IMG/VR virus record: IMGVR_UViG_3300020421_002453
Coordinates: 1 to 64,000 of that record
Strand: one strand, 5' to 3'
Length of the DNA: 64,000 bases
Source: a virus
The notes beneath the pieces were generated by a model, which ran no database searches, was not told the DNA's origin, and saw only the letters and a program-made list of their open reading frames with translations. Below are positions 46,184-55,468 of this stretch, one piece after another. The stretch's first letter is position 1. Each line of letters begins with the position of its first letter. The position numbers and the translations under genes are program-made.

Positions 46184-46381
46184 ATGAGTGATAATTTAAA
46201 ATTGACTTCGGTGAAGATAATCGATGAGTTATATAAAAAATTCAAGAACGAAACAATAGAGAATGAATTTTCATTGCAGAAGTTAGTAAACAGAACACTT
46301 GATAGGTTTGTTTACGATGAAGAATTTAGAAAAGAGATATTAGAACACAAGAATCTACATAAGAGTGGGAGTAGATTCTAA
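46184..46381 (+). CDS. Small ribbon-helix-helix-like protein
   Basis: LTSVKI strand followed by two helices (ELYKKFK; SLQKLVNR). Confidence 0.5.
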   Translation: MSDNLKLTSVKIIDELYKKFKNETIENEFSLQKLVNRTLDRFVYDEEFRKEILEHKNLHKSGSRF

Positions 46382-46400
46382 CAAATTTAAAGGGTTATAA

Positions 46401-47840
46401 ATGAGTGTAAAACTACCAAAGTTAAAATCAGTTCAAGTAGAAAACATATTCGCTAAGAAGAAGAAAATCCTATTACTATCAGATGACTTGAGAATGTCAA
46501 GTGGTGTTGGTGTAATGTCAAAAGAGATTGTATTGGGTACACTCGATAAGTACGATTGGGTACAGATTGGTGGTGCTATCAAACATCCTGATGAGGGTAA
46601 AGTTTTTGATATGAATGAACAGATACGAAAAGAGACTGGTATAAAAGATGCTAGTTTAAAAATATATCCTACAAGTGGTTATGGTAATCCAGATATGTTG
46701 AGAAAGATAATGGAAGTAGAAAAACCAGATGCTATCTTACACTATACAGACCCAAGATTCTGGCAGTGGTTATATCAAATGGAACATGAAATCAGACAAC
46801 ACATTCCAATATTCTATTATAACATTTGGGATGATTGGCCAGCTCCACAATATAATGAGAATTATTACGAGAGTTGTGATTTGATTATGAATATTTCTAA
46901 ACAAACACATTCAATTGTACAAGATGTATGTAAGAACAAACCAAGAACAGATTGGGATTCAACATATGTACCACATGGAATCAACGAAAAAAATTACTAT
47001 CCAATAACAGATGAAAAAGAATTATTGGAGATGAAAAAGTTCAAACAAGAATTATTGGGTGCTAGACCAAATGATTTTACATTATTATATGTAAACAGAA
47101 ACATCAGAAGAAAGATGGTTGGTGATTGTTTATTGGCATTCCAACAATTCGTAAATCAATTACCTGAAGAAAAAAGAAGTAGAGTTACATATGTAATGCA
47201 TACTCAACCAGTAGATAATAATGGTACAGATTTACCACGATTAATAGAACATCTAATGCCTGAAGTTAATGTAGTATTTTCACATAAAAGATTAGATGAT
47301 AAACAAATGAATTATCTATACAATATTGCAGATGTTACAATGAACATTGCAAGTAACGAGGGATTTGGTTTAGGTACTTGTGAATCACTAATGGCTGGAA
47401 CACCAATCATAGTAAATGTTACAGGTGGATTACAAGACCAATGTGGATTCAGAATCAAAGATGAACTTGTAAAGTATCAAGATTATAAAGAAATTAAATC
47501 TCTACATGAGTGGAAGAAATGGGAACATAACGAAGAATTAACTTGGGGTGAGTGGGTGAAACCTGTTTGGCCAAAGACTCGTTCATTAATGGGTTCAGTT
47601 CCAACACCATATATTTTTGATGATAGATGTGATTGGGAAGATGCATCAGTTCAAATCAAGAATTGGTATGAGATGGGTAATGAGGCAAGAAAAGAATGTG
47701 GTTTCAAAGGCCACGAGTTCGTAACAGGTGATGATTCAATGCAAAGTGCTAGATGGATGTGTAAAAACTTTTCAGACCATATGGAAACCGCTATGGATAA
47801 ATTTACACCAAGACAAAAGATTAATGTATACAAGGTATAA
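46401..47840 (+). CDS. GT-B (family 4-like) glycosyltransferase
   Basis: SGVG, PHGIN, NRNIRRK and NEGFGL...ESLMAGTPII motifs. Confidence 0.88.
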   Translation: MSVKLPKLKSVQVENIFAKKKKILLLSDDLRMSSGVGVMSKEIVLGTLDKYDWVQIGGAIKHPDEGKVFDMNEQIRKETGIKDASLKIYPTSGYGNPDMLRKIMEVEKPDAILHYTDPRFWQWLYQMEHEIRQHIPIFYYNIWDDWPAPQYNENYYESCDLIMNISKQTHSIVQDVCKNKPRTDWDSTYVPHGINEKNYYPITDEKELLEMKKFKQELLGARPNDFTLLYVNRNIRRKMVGDCLLAFQQFVNQLPEEKRSRVTYVMHTQPVDNNGTDLPRLIEHLMPEVNVVFSHKRLDDKQMNYLYNIADVTMNIASNEGFGLGTCESLMAGTPIIVNVTGGLQDQCGFRIKDELVKYQDYKEIKSLHEWKKWEHNEELTWGEWVKPVWPKTRSLMGSVPTPYIFDDRCDWEDASVQIKNWYEMGNEARKECGFKGHEFVTGDDSMQSARWMCKNFSDHMETAMDKFTPRQKINVYKV

Positions 47841-47851
47841 AGGAGAAAACG

Positions 47852-48019
47852 ATGCCAAGAACTAAAGGAAAACAAAGTAGTAGAAACAAAATGACAAGTG
47901 TGAAACCAAAAAGAAAATACACACGAAGAACAAAGGTTGAGAGAAGACAAGAAGAGAATCCTTTTCTAAGGTCAGTAATCGAGGGATTTAAGAAGTTCTT
48001 AGAATCACCATTTAAGTAG
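47852..48019 (+). CDS. Small basic protein (55 aa; not in ORF track)
   Basis: AGGAG RBS; MPRTKGKQSSRNKMTSVKPKRKYTRRTKVERRQEENPFLRSVIEGFKKFLESPFK. Confidence 0.6.
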   Translation: MPRTKGKQSSRNKMTSVKPKRKYTRRTKVERRQEENPFLRSVIEGFKKFLESPFK

Positions 48020-48027
48020 AGGTATAA

Positions 48028-49305
48028 ATGAAACCATTAATATTAGTTACAGCACCAATCACAACAAGAAGTGGGTATGGAAATCATTCAAGAGATATCG
48101 TTAGAGCTTTAGTTGATTTAGATTATGATGTAAAGATAAATTCAGTTAGGTGGGGAAGTACACCTACAAACGCATTAGAAGAGGGTAATCCAATTCATGA
48201 TGATATAAAGAAGAGAATATTAGACCAACCACGAATGGATAGGCAACCAGATTTACACATACACTTAGTTGTACCAAATGAGTTTCAACCATTGGGTAAA
48301 AAGAATATTGGTATGACGGCTGGAATAGAAACAACTGTTCCTCCTGTAAAGTGGATTGATGGTATGAATCGTATGGATTTAAATATACTAACTTCTCATT
48401 TCTCAAAGACTGGGTTTGATGAGTCTGTATTTGAACAAAAAAACCAACAAGGTCAAGTTACAGGTGAGGTAAAAGCTAAGAAACCTATGGAAGTTTTATT
48501 TGAGGGTGTTGATACTGAGGTTTATCATTCTACAACAAAAATATCTGATGAAGTTCAAGAAGCATTTAGTGAAATAGATTCAGATTGGAATTATTTATTT
48601 ACAGGTCATTGGTTACAAGGTAATCTTGGTGAAGATAGAAAAGATATCGGTATGATGTTGAAAGTATTTTTAGAAACATTCAAGAATAAACCTAAACAAC
48701 CAGGTTTGATTTTAAAAACAAGTGGTGCTACATTCTCTATTATTGATAGAGAAGAGATATTGAATAAGATACGAACTATCAAAGATGATGTTAAGGGTGA
48801 TTTACCACCAATTTATTTAATACATGGTGATTTTACAGATGTACAGATGAATGAATTATATAATCATCCAAAAGTAAAAGCACATATTTCTTTCACACAT
48901 GGTGAGGGATTTGGAAGACCATTGTTAGAGGCTGCTCAAAGTGGTAAACCTATTATTGCTAGTGGTTGGAGTGGACAAACAGATTTCTTGAATCCAAACT
49001 ATAGTGTATTGTTAAATGGCTCATTAACTAAAGTTCCACCAAATGCATTTCCAAAAGAAATATATGTTGAGGGTTCTCAATGGTTCACTGTAAATTATCA
49101 AGAAGCATCAAGTGCTATAGTTGATGTATTTACAAACTACCAAAACTATTTGGTTAAGGCTAAACAATTAGAGGCCTTCACTAAACAACAATTTAGTTAC
49201 GAGAAAATGAGAGATAAGTTAAATAAGATAATTGAACCACTACTTGATTCAGTACCAAAACAAGTAGAGTTAAAATTACCAAAACTTAAGAAGGTGGAGA
49301 AGTAA
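48028..49305 (+). CDS. GT-B (family 4-like) glycosyltransferase
   Basis: SGYG, DRKD and GEGFGRPLLEAA..GKPII..WSG..DF motifs. Confidence 0.88.
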   Translation: MKPLILVTAPITTRSGYGNHSRDIVRALVDLDYDVKINSVRWGSTPTNALEEGNPIHDDIKKRILDQPRMDRQPDLHIHLVVPNEFQPLGKKNIGMTAGIETTVPPVKWIDGMNRMDLNILTSHFSKTGFDESVFEQKNQQGQVTGEVKAKKPMEVLFEGVDTEVYHSTTKISDEVQEAFSEIDSDWNYLFTGHWLQGNLGEDRKDIGMMLKVFLETFKNKPKQPGLILKTSGATFSIIDREEILNKIRTIKDDVKGDLPPIYLIHGDFTDVQMNELYNHPKVKAHISFTHGEGFGRPLLEAAQSGKPIIASGWSGQTDFLNPNYSVLLNGSLTKVPPNAFPKEIYVEGSQWFTVNYQEASSAIVDVFTNYQNYLVKAKQLEAFTKQQFSYEKMRDKLNKIIEPLLDSVPKQVELKLPKLKKVEK

Positions 49306-49775
49306 TGGCTGAAAAAGTAATAACTTGTCCTGTATGTTTTAGTGGAGATAGATGTTTCGAAGATGTACAAGAACAGGCAGAAAAAACATTTAGTTCATAT
49401 ATGTGTTTTAAATGTGGATACACAAGTAATTCATCATATAAATGGGAATCACAAGAACTCAAACAGGCACAATTGGGTGCTACTCAATTGATGAATGATG
49501 TATCATTTTATGATGAAGATAGAGAGATAATGTGGTTTCCATCAGTATTAAACATGGGTTCTCTTGGTATGATTTATCCTGAGGGTATTGAAACCAATTG
49601 GGTATATAAGTTTGCTCAAGTAAGAAAACTTACAGAGTTGGAAAAGAAAGACCCTAAGTATAAAGGTCATGAACAAATGTTAGATGTAGAAGATGCCAAA
49701 GAATACGGTCAGTACGAATTCTTAGATGCTTGTAAAGATATGGGTGTGATAAAGGATTTAGATAGTGGCTCTTAA
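49305..49775 (+). CDS. Zinc-finger hypothetical protein
   Basis: CPVC...CFKCGY. Confidence 0.6.
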   Translation: MAEKVITCPVCFSGDRCFEDVQEQAEKTFSSYMCFKCGYTSNSSYKWESQELKQAQLGATQLMNDVSFYDEDREIMWFPSVLNMGSLGMIYPEGIETNWVYKFAQVRKLTELEKKDPKYKGHEQMLDVEDAKEYGQYEFLDACKDMGVIKDLDSGS

Positions 49776-50271
49776 AAACACAAGTTGGGATAAAGTTGAA
49801 TCAGGTCAGATAGTTAACTTCGTTTATAAAAGTAAGAAAGAAAAAAAAGGTACTAAACGAACCGTAATTATTATTAATTCTGATTACAAATATAGAAAAA
49901 AGAGTACTGGTAGAATCAAACGATTTGTAGTTGGGTTACAAATAGATATTGCAGGTCAAAGGCCTGTTCCAAAAAACCAATTGAATCAAATATTTGAAAG
50001 TTTTGGTGGCATGGAAATAGAGGGTGATGCTCTTGCTGTAAAGATGACAGATAGTGTAAACAAAAATAAACTTGCTACTGAAAAAACATATCAGAAGTTG
50101 AGAACCATAGTTAACAGATATGATATGTGGAGAACATTTGATAGAAGAGAATGTGCAAAGAGAAGAGTATATCTTGAAGTAGATTACAACAGAGTACCAC
50201 AAAATATTATAGACAACTTTCAAAAAGAACAATCAACGAAAATAATGGAACAATTAGAATATGAAAATTAG
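49765..50271 (+). CDS. Hypothetical basic protein (GTG start)
   Basis: 168-aa ORF overlapping both neighbours. Confidence 0.55.
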   Translation: MALKNTSWDKVESGQIVNFVYKSKKEKKGTKRTVIIINSDYKYRKKSTGRIKRFVVGLQIDIAGQRPVPKNQLNQIFESFGGMEIEGDALAVKMTDSVNKNKLATEKTYQKLRTIVNRYDMWRTFDRRECAKRRVYLEVDYNRVPQNIIDNFQKEQSTKIMEQLEYEN

Positions 50272-50908
50272 TTATGGGATTACGGTTTGTAATGAACAGG
50301 CCGAGTTGGATAATTTATTACATCATTTATCTAAACACATTAGAGAAGAAGATGAAGTGGTGGTTACACAAGATGTGAGTAATGAACATAAGGGTGTAAG
50401 TAAGGTTATTGAAAAGTATGAGTATAGTGATTACTTTAGAAATTTTAATGTAAATACATTTAATTTTAATGGTGATTTTTCTGAACTAAAAAATTATACA
50501 AAATCAGAATGTAGTGGTGATTATATATTTCACTTAGATGCTGATGAAATACCGAATCCAATTCTGATAGAACAATTACCAGAAATATTATCAATTAATG
50601 ATACAGATTTATTATGGGTTCCAAGAATCAATATTGTGGATGGAATAACACCTAAACACATGGAGATGTGGGGGTGGGGTGCTACAGAACAAGGTTGGAT
50701 AAACTTTCCTGATTATCAGGCAAGAGTTTTTAGAAATACAGAAGATATTAAATGGAAAAGACCAGTACACGAACATATTTGGGGTTGTACAACATACTCA
50801 CATTTACCACCACATGAAGAATTAACATTAAAGCATGTTAAAGATATTAAAAAACAAGAAAAACAAAACAATTTATATGGCGACATAGTAAGGAGAAGAA
50901 ATGGCTAA
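50261..50908 (+). CDS. Family 2 glycosyltransferase
   Basis: ISYGITVCNE, DYIFHLDADE (DxD), PRIN and W...VHE motifs. Confidence 0.85.
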   Translation: MKISYGITVCNEQAELDNLLHHLSKHIREEDEVVVTQDVSNEHKGVSKVIEKYEYSDYFRNFNVNTFNFNGDFSELKNYTKSECSGDYIFHLDADEIPNPILIEQLPEILSINDTDLLWVPRINIVDGITPKHMEMWGWGATEQGWINFPDYQARVFRNTEDIKWKRPVHEHIWGCTTYSHLPPHEELTLKHVKDIKKQEKQNNLYGDIVRRRNG

Positions 50909-51209
50909 ACAATTAAGACCGTTAGATGCAAGAGTAATTGTAGAAAAGAGAAAAGCAAAAGAACAAACAGAGGGTGGTATTATCTTACCAGATAGTATTA
51001 ATGACCAAAAGCAAACATCACAAGGTGTGGTTCTATCAGTTGGGCCAGGTTCAAGGAATATGAATGATGGTGAACCAATGTCAATGGATATTAAGGTTGG
51101 TGATACTGTGATTTACCAAAAGTTTACAGGTATTGAAATGGAATATGATAATAAAGAAGTTGTTATTGTACCAGAGAGAGATATTATTGCTGTGGAGGAA
51201 GAATGTTAA
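50901..51209 (+). CDS. groES: Co-chaperonin GroES (Cpn10)
   Basis: LRPLDARVIV, T.GGIILPD, G.V.SVGPG, KVGD.V and ERDIIA motifs. Confidence 0.93.
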   Translation: MAKQLRPLDARVIVEKRKAKEQTEGGIILPDSINDQKQTSQGVVLSVGPGSRNMNDGEPMSMDIKVGDTVIYQKFTGIEMEYDNKEVVIVPERDIIAVEEEC

Positions 51210-52162
51210 ATATTGAAAACTTAGAACAAGTATTTCACAAAGTAGTTCAGAGTGATGATTGGAAAGAACTACAAGAAAAGTTTAATGATTGTGATGATAT
51301 ATATGTACTTGGTCATGGTGGTAATTTGGCAGTTGCAGACCATGCAGCCATTGATATATCGAGGTTGAGTAATGGTACAAAAAATGCTCAATGCCCTGGT
51401 AGTGGAACCGTAGTTACATCACTAATCAATGATACTAACTTTGACCAATGGATGGTTCAATGGTTAAAAATGGTAACATCAAGTAAAACAGAATCCCAAA
51501 TGAAGAAATCTTTAATCTTGGGATTTTCTTCTTCAGGTACATCAAGAGATATTGTTAAGGCTTTACAATGGGGGTATTCTAATGATATGCAATTGGGTTG
51601 TATAACAGCCAAACCATTAATTGAAACTGTACCTAAAACATCAGAAGTAAGAATGGGTGTTGATTATTATCACACAGCAGAAGTATTATCATTACTACTA
51701 CAATATGAATTAACACATGGTAGTGGTAAAGTTTGTCCACCAATCGGAGGAAACAGACCAGAAGATATTGCACATTATAATAGTGAGAGAGATGTTCGTG
51801 AAATTGGATTTAAGGATGAAACAAAAAACATTGCTATTGATTTTGATGGTGTAATACATAAAAATTCAAAAGGTTATCACGATGGTACAATTTATGATGA
51901 ACCAATGGAAAACTCTTATCATGCATTAGAGAAGTTATCAATGGATTATGATGTAGTTATTTTTACTTGTAAGGCCAAACCAGATAGAGGATTAGTGAAT
52001 GGTAAGACAGGAACTGAATTAGTTTGGGAATGGTTAGTGAAATATGATATGGCACAATTTGTAACCAAAGTTACATCAGAGAAACCAAGAGGTGTTCAGT
52101 ATATAGATGATAAAGGATATCAGTTCACTACATGGAATAAATATTGGGATGATAATGCATGA
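51203..52162 (+). CDS. SIS (GmhA-like) sugar isomerase fused to a HAD phosphatase
   Basis: G.GGN.A.A.H and FSSSGTS..IV.A in the N-terminal half; IAIDFDGVI, KP and YIDD in the C-terminal half. Confidence 0.75.
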   Translation: MLNIENLEQVFHKVVQSDDWKELQEKFNDCDDIYVLGHGGNLAVADHAAIDISRLSNGTKNAQCPGSGTVVTSLINDTNFDQWMVQWLKMVTSSKTESQMKKSLILGFSSSGTSRDIVKALQWGYSNDMQLGCITAKPLIETVPKTSEVRMGVDYYHTAEVLSLLLQYELTHGSGKVCPPIGGNRPEDIAHYNSERDVREIGFKDETKNIAIDFDGVIHKNSKGYHDGTIYDEPMENSYHALEKLSMDYDVVIFTCKAKPDRGLVNGKTGTELVWEWLVKYDMAQFVTKVTSEKPRGVQYIDDKGYQFTTWNKYWDDNA

Positions 52163-52892
52163 GATAACTGCTGTAGTACCTACAAGAAAGGGTTCTGAAA
52201 GAGTAAAGAGTAAGAACACTCGACCATTTGCTGGTAAGAGTTTGTTGGAAGTTAAACTTGAAACATTACTTTATCTTAAAGATAACACTACGAGATTTAT
52301 AAAAGATATAGTTGTTAATAGTGATTGTGAAGAATCACGAAGAATTGCAGAATCATATGGAGTACCATTTATAGAAAGAGACCCTTACTTGGCATCATCA
52401 GATGCTCCGATAGTAGATTATTGGAAAGAGGTTTTATTAAATACTAAAACAGAACATTCTATGTTATGTCAATGTACAAGTCCACTAATTAGTTACCCAA
52501 CATACACGAGAGCTATATGTGCTTATAATGGTAAATCTTTAATATGTGTAGATGATGTAAAAGATTATTTATGGTATGACCATGTTACACATGATGAACC
52601 ACACAATTACGATTGGCCAAACCATCCAAAAAGTCAAGACCTTGATGGACATTTTTATAAGTTGAATTTTGGGATTGCAATTATTTCAAAAGAAGAATTA
52701 AAAGAATTTAATAATATTAAAACACCGAATAGTATTCACTATCATTTGAGTGAACATGAGAACTTAGATATAGATAATACTACAGAATTTAAAATAGCGG
52801 AGATGATGTATAAGGAAAAGACTGATATAGAGATGATGTATCAAGAAAAGATGATTGCATTAAAGGAGAACAATGATGGAAATACTGAATAG
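52155..52892 (+). CDS. Acylneuraminate/KDO cytidylyltransferase-like protein
   Basis: P.RKGSERVKSKN.RPFAGKSL, QCTSPL and DID...EF..AE motifs. Confidence 0.85.
   Translation: MHEITAVVPTRKGSERVKSKNTRPFAGKSLLEVKLETLLYLKDNTTRFIKDIVVNSDCEESRRIAESYGVPFIERDPYLASSDAPIVDYWKEVLLNTKTEHSMLCQCTSPLISYPTYTRAICAYNGKSLICVDDVKDYLWYDHVTHDEPHNYDWPNHPKSQDLDGHFYKLNFGIAIISKEELKEFNNIKTPNSIHYHLSEHENLDIDNTTEFKIAEMMYKEKTDIEMMYQEKMIALKENNDGNTE
52800..52851 (+). repeat. Short 30-nt-period direct duplication (EMMYKEK/EMMYQEK)
   Basis: GAGATGATGTATAAGGAAAAGA at 52800 and GAGATGATGTATCAAGAAAAGA at 52830. Confidence 0.6.
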
Positions 52893-53619
52893 AAACGCAA
52901 ACGAAGTTACAACACTAAGGTTAGATTCACCTTATCCAGTATGGGTAATAGATAATTTTTTAAATGATATGACACTAAGAATGATACATGATAGATGGCC
53001 AAAGTTAGATGACCAAAACTGGCATGGTGGACATGAAATGATTGATGGTGAGAAGAACATACTTGAACAAGGTATGATTTCTTATGATACATCAGATACG
53101 AGAGGAATACTTCACGATTTTATAGAATACATTCATGGTGATGAGTTTACAGAAAGATTAGAAGATATTACTGGTATAGGTGGTTTAGTACCTGATTATC
53201 ATATGAGATGGTCAGGAATAAGAACTATGGTAAAGGATGGATTTCAGGCAGTTCATAGTGATGCCAGAGTTAGTCCTGAAACAGGATTAAGAAAAGAACT
53301 AACTTGTTTAATCTATTTTAATGAGGATTGGAAACCAAAAGATAGTGGGTACTTTGAAGTGTGGAATGATGATATGACAAAATGTACACATTCATTGGCA
53401 CCACTTAATAATAGATTAGTTATATTTCAAAATTCAGATAAATCTTATCATGGTGTACCAGAAGTAAATAAGGAAAGAAAATCTATAACATGGAGTGTTT
53501 TAAAAAGCGGTAAAGTTGGTGATAGAAGTAAAGCACTATTTGTTTCACGACCACAAGATGATAAAAAGGTTGGTGAATTAGGAAAAAAACGAGCTCTTGT
53601 AAAAGATGCTCACAAGTAA
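52873..53619 (+). CDS. 2OG-Fe(II) oxygenase
   Basis: PYP..VIDNFL, HSD, LIYFN..W and P..NRLVIF.....SYHGV....RKSI motifs. Confidence 0.85.
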   Translation: MMEILNRNANEVTTLRLDSPYPVWVIDNFLNDMTLRMIHDRWPKLDDQNWHGGHEMIDGEKNILEQGMISYDTSDTRGILHDFIEYIHGDEFTERLEDITGIGGLVPDYHMRWSGIRTMVKDGFQAVHSDARVSPETGLRKELTCLIYFNEDWKPKDSGYFEVWNDDMTKCTHSLAPLNNRLVIFQNSDKSYHGVPEVNKERKSITWSVLKSGKVGDRSKALFVSRPQDDKKVGELGKKRALVKDAHK

Positions 53620-53630
53620 ACGGAGTTAAT

Positions 53631-54761
53631 ATGAAATATCCAATGTTTAAGGTTCACATTGATACAAAGAAGGCATTAGAACAGATAGAACCAGTTCTAA
53701 ATAGTGGATTTGTAAATGAGGGTGAACAAGTTACAGAACTAACACAATATTTTAAAGAGTGGTTTAACCATGAAAAAACTATTGCACTTAATAGTTGTAC
53801 ATCTGCTCTTACCTTGGCATTGAAGTTAAGTGATGTAGGGCCAGGTGATGAAGTTATTGCCACATCAATGACTTGTGTTGCATCAAACACACCAATACAT
53901 ACATTTGGTGCAAAAGTGGTATGGGCTGATATCAATCACAATACTGGTAACATTAATCCTGATGAAATTGAAAAACTAATTACACCAAAAACAAAAGCAT
54001 TATTGTGTGTTAATTGGTCAGGTCTTCCATGTGATTTAAAAAAGATATATGATATTTGTGAGAAACATGGTATAAAGTTTATCCAAGATGCAGCTCATTC
54101 AATAGGAGCACTATATAATAATAGTGAAATACATCATTTTGCACATTACACTTGTTATAGTTTACAGGCCATCAAACACATAACAACAGGTGATGGTGGA
54201 TTATTAGTTGTGAATACTGATAAAGAAGATTTCCAAAGAGCCAAAGCTCTAAAGTGGTTTGGTATAGATAGAGATGCAACCAAAGATGAGAAAGGTGAGT
54301 GGAAAGGACAAAGATGGGAAATGGATGTTGTTGAGGCTGGGTTTAAGTTTCATATGAATAACATTACAGCTGCCATTGGATTATCACAAATTCCACACAT
54401 GGATAGGATTTTAAACAAACACAAATTTAATGGGTTGTTGTATGAACAATTATTTAAAGACCATAAAGATATAAATGGATTACAATATCCTAAAGGTTCA
54501 ATACCAACATTTTGGGTGTACACTTTGATACTATCAGAACATTTAGATAGAGATAAGATAATACAAGAGTTGAATGATGAGGGAATAAATGCTGGGTTGG
54601 TTCATACACCTAATCACTACTACACTTGTTTTGATGATAGTATGGTAGATTTACCTGAAACAGATTACTTTCATAAACATCAAATCTCATTACCTTGTGG
54701 TTGGTGGTTAGAGAGTGAAGATATACAAATTATTGCGGAAACATTAATAAGTAAAGTATGA
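53631..54761 (+). CDS. DegT/DnrJ/EryC1/StrS sugar aminotransferase
   Basis: NSCTSAL.LAL, GDEVI, QDAAHS and SLQAIKHITTGDGG (PLP Lys) motifs. Confidence 0.93.
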   Translation: MKYPMFKVHIDTKKALEQIEPVLNSGFVNEGEQVTELTQYFKEWFNHEKTIALNSCTSALTLALKLSDVGPGDEVIATSMTCVASNTPIHTFGAKVVWADINHNTGNINPDEIEKLITPKTKALLCVNWSGLPCDLKKIYDICEKHGIKFIQDAAHSIGALYNNSEIHHFAHYTCYSLQAIKHITTGDGGLLVVNTDKEDFQRAKALKWFGIDRDATKDEKGEWKGQRWEMDVVEAGFKFHMNNITAAIGLSQIPHMDRILNKHKFNGLLYEQLFKDHKDINGLQYPKGSIPTFWVYTLILSEHLDRDKIIQELNDEGINAGLVHTPNHYYTCFDDSMVDLPETDYFHKHQISLPCGWWLESEDIQIIAETLISKV

Positions 54762-55468
54762 GAAAGATAGCCATATTAGGAAGTAGAGATATCTCAGTAA
54801 AAATACTTGAGTGGATTATCAAACAGAATGATTGTGAGATAGTTGGGGTTGTTGCACCAACATTCAAAACATGGTGGGATGATAAACTAAAGATTAGAGC
54901 TAAACAATGGGGAATAGATACATTTGATGATATTCAAGATGTAATAGATTTAAAACCTGATGTGATATTCTCTATTAATTATTGGAAGTTAATTACAGAA
55001 GAACATATCAATGCTATGGGTGGTAATATAATTAATTTACATCATTCATATAAATTAAACTACAGAGGTAGGTATATGTGTAGTTGGGCTATTGTGAATG
55101 GTGAAAGATATCATGGAACAACATTACATTATATTACACCAGAGTTAGATGATGGGCCAATAATAGAAAGTTATAAATGTGATATTAAAGAAGATGATAC
55201 TTCTGAAACACTATTTAATAGAGTGGAAAAGTTGGGTTATAAAATGTTCCAAGATACATATCATAAAATAATGAGTGGTGGGGTTACTAATTTTATAGAA
55301 CCACATCCATATCCAAAACATTATGATATAGATTCTAATAAAAACTTGGAGATAGAATATCCACAACCATTAGAAAAAATTTACGATTTTGTTAGGGCTT
55401 GGAGTTTCAAAGATAGACCAGGACCGTATTTCACACACAATGGAAAAAAGATAAAGTTAAAGATATGA
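54758..55468 (+). CDS. Formyltransferase (sugar N-formyltransferase-like)
   Basis: INLHHS...YRG and GTTLH....LDDGPII motifs. Confidence 0.85.
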   Translation: MRKIAILGSRDISVKILEWIIKQNDCEIVGVVAPTFKTWWDDKLKIRAKQWGIDTFDDIQDVIDLKPDVIFSINYWKLITEEHINAMGGNIINLHHSYKLNYRGRYMCSWAIVNGERYHGTTLHYITPELDDGPIIESYKCDIKEDDTSETLFNRVEKLGYKMFQDTYHKIMSGGVTNFIEPHPYPKHYDIDSNKNLEIEYPQPLEKIYDFVRAWSFKDRPGPYFTHNGKKIKLKI

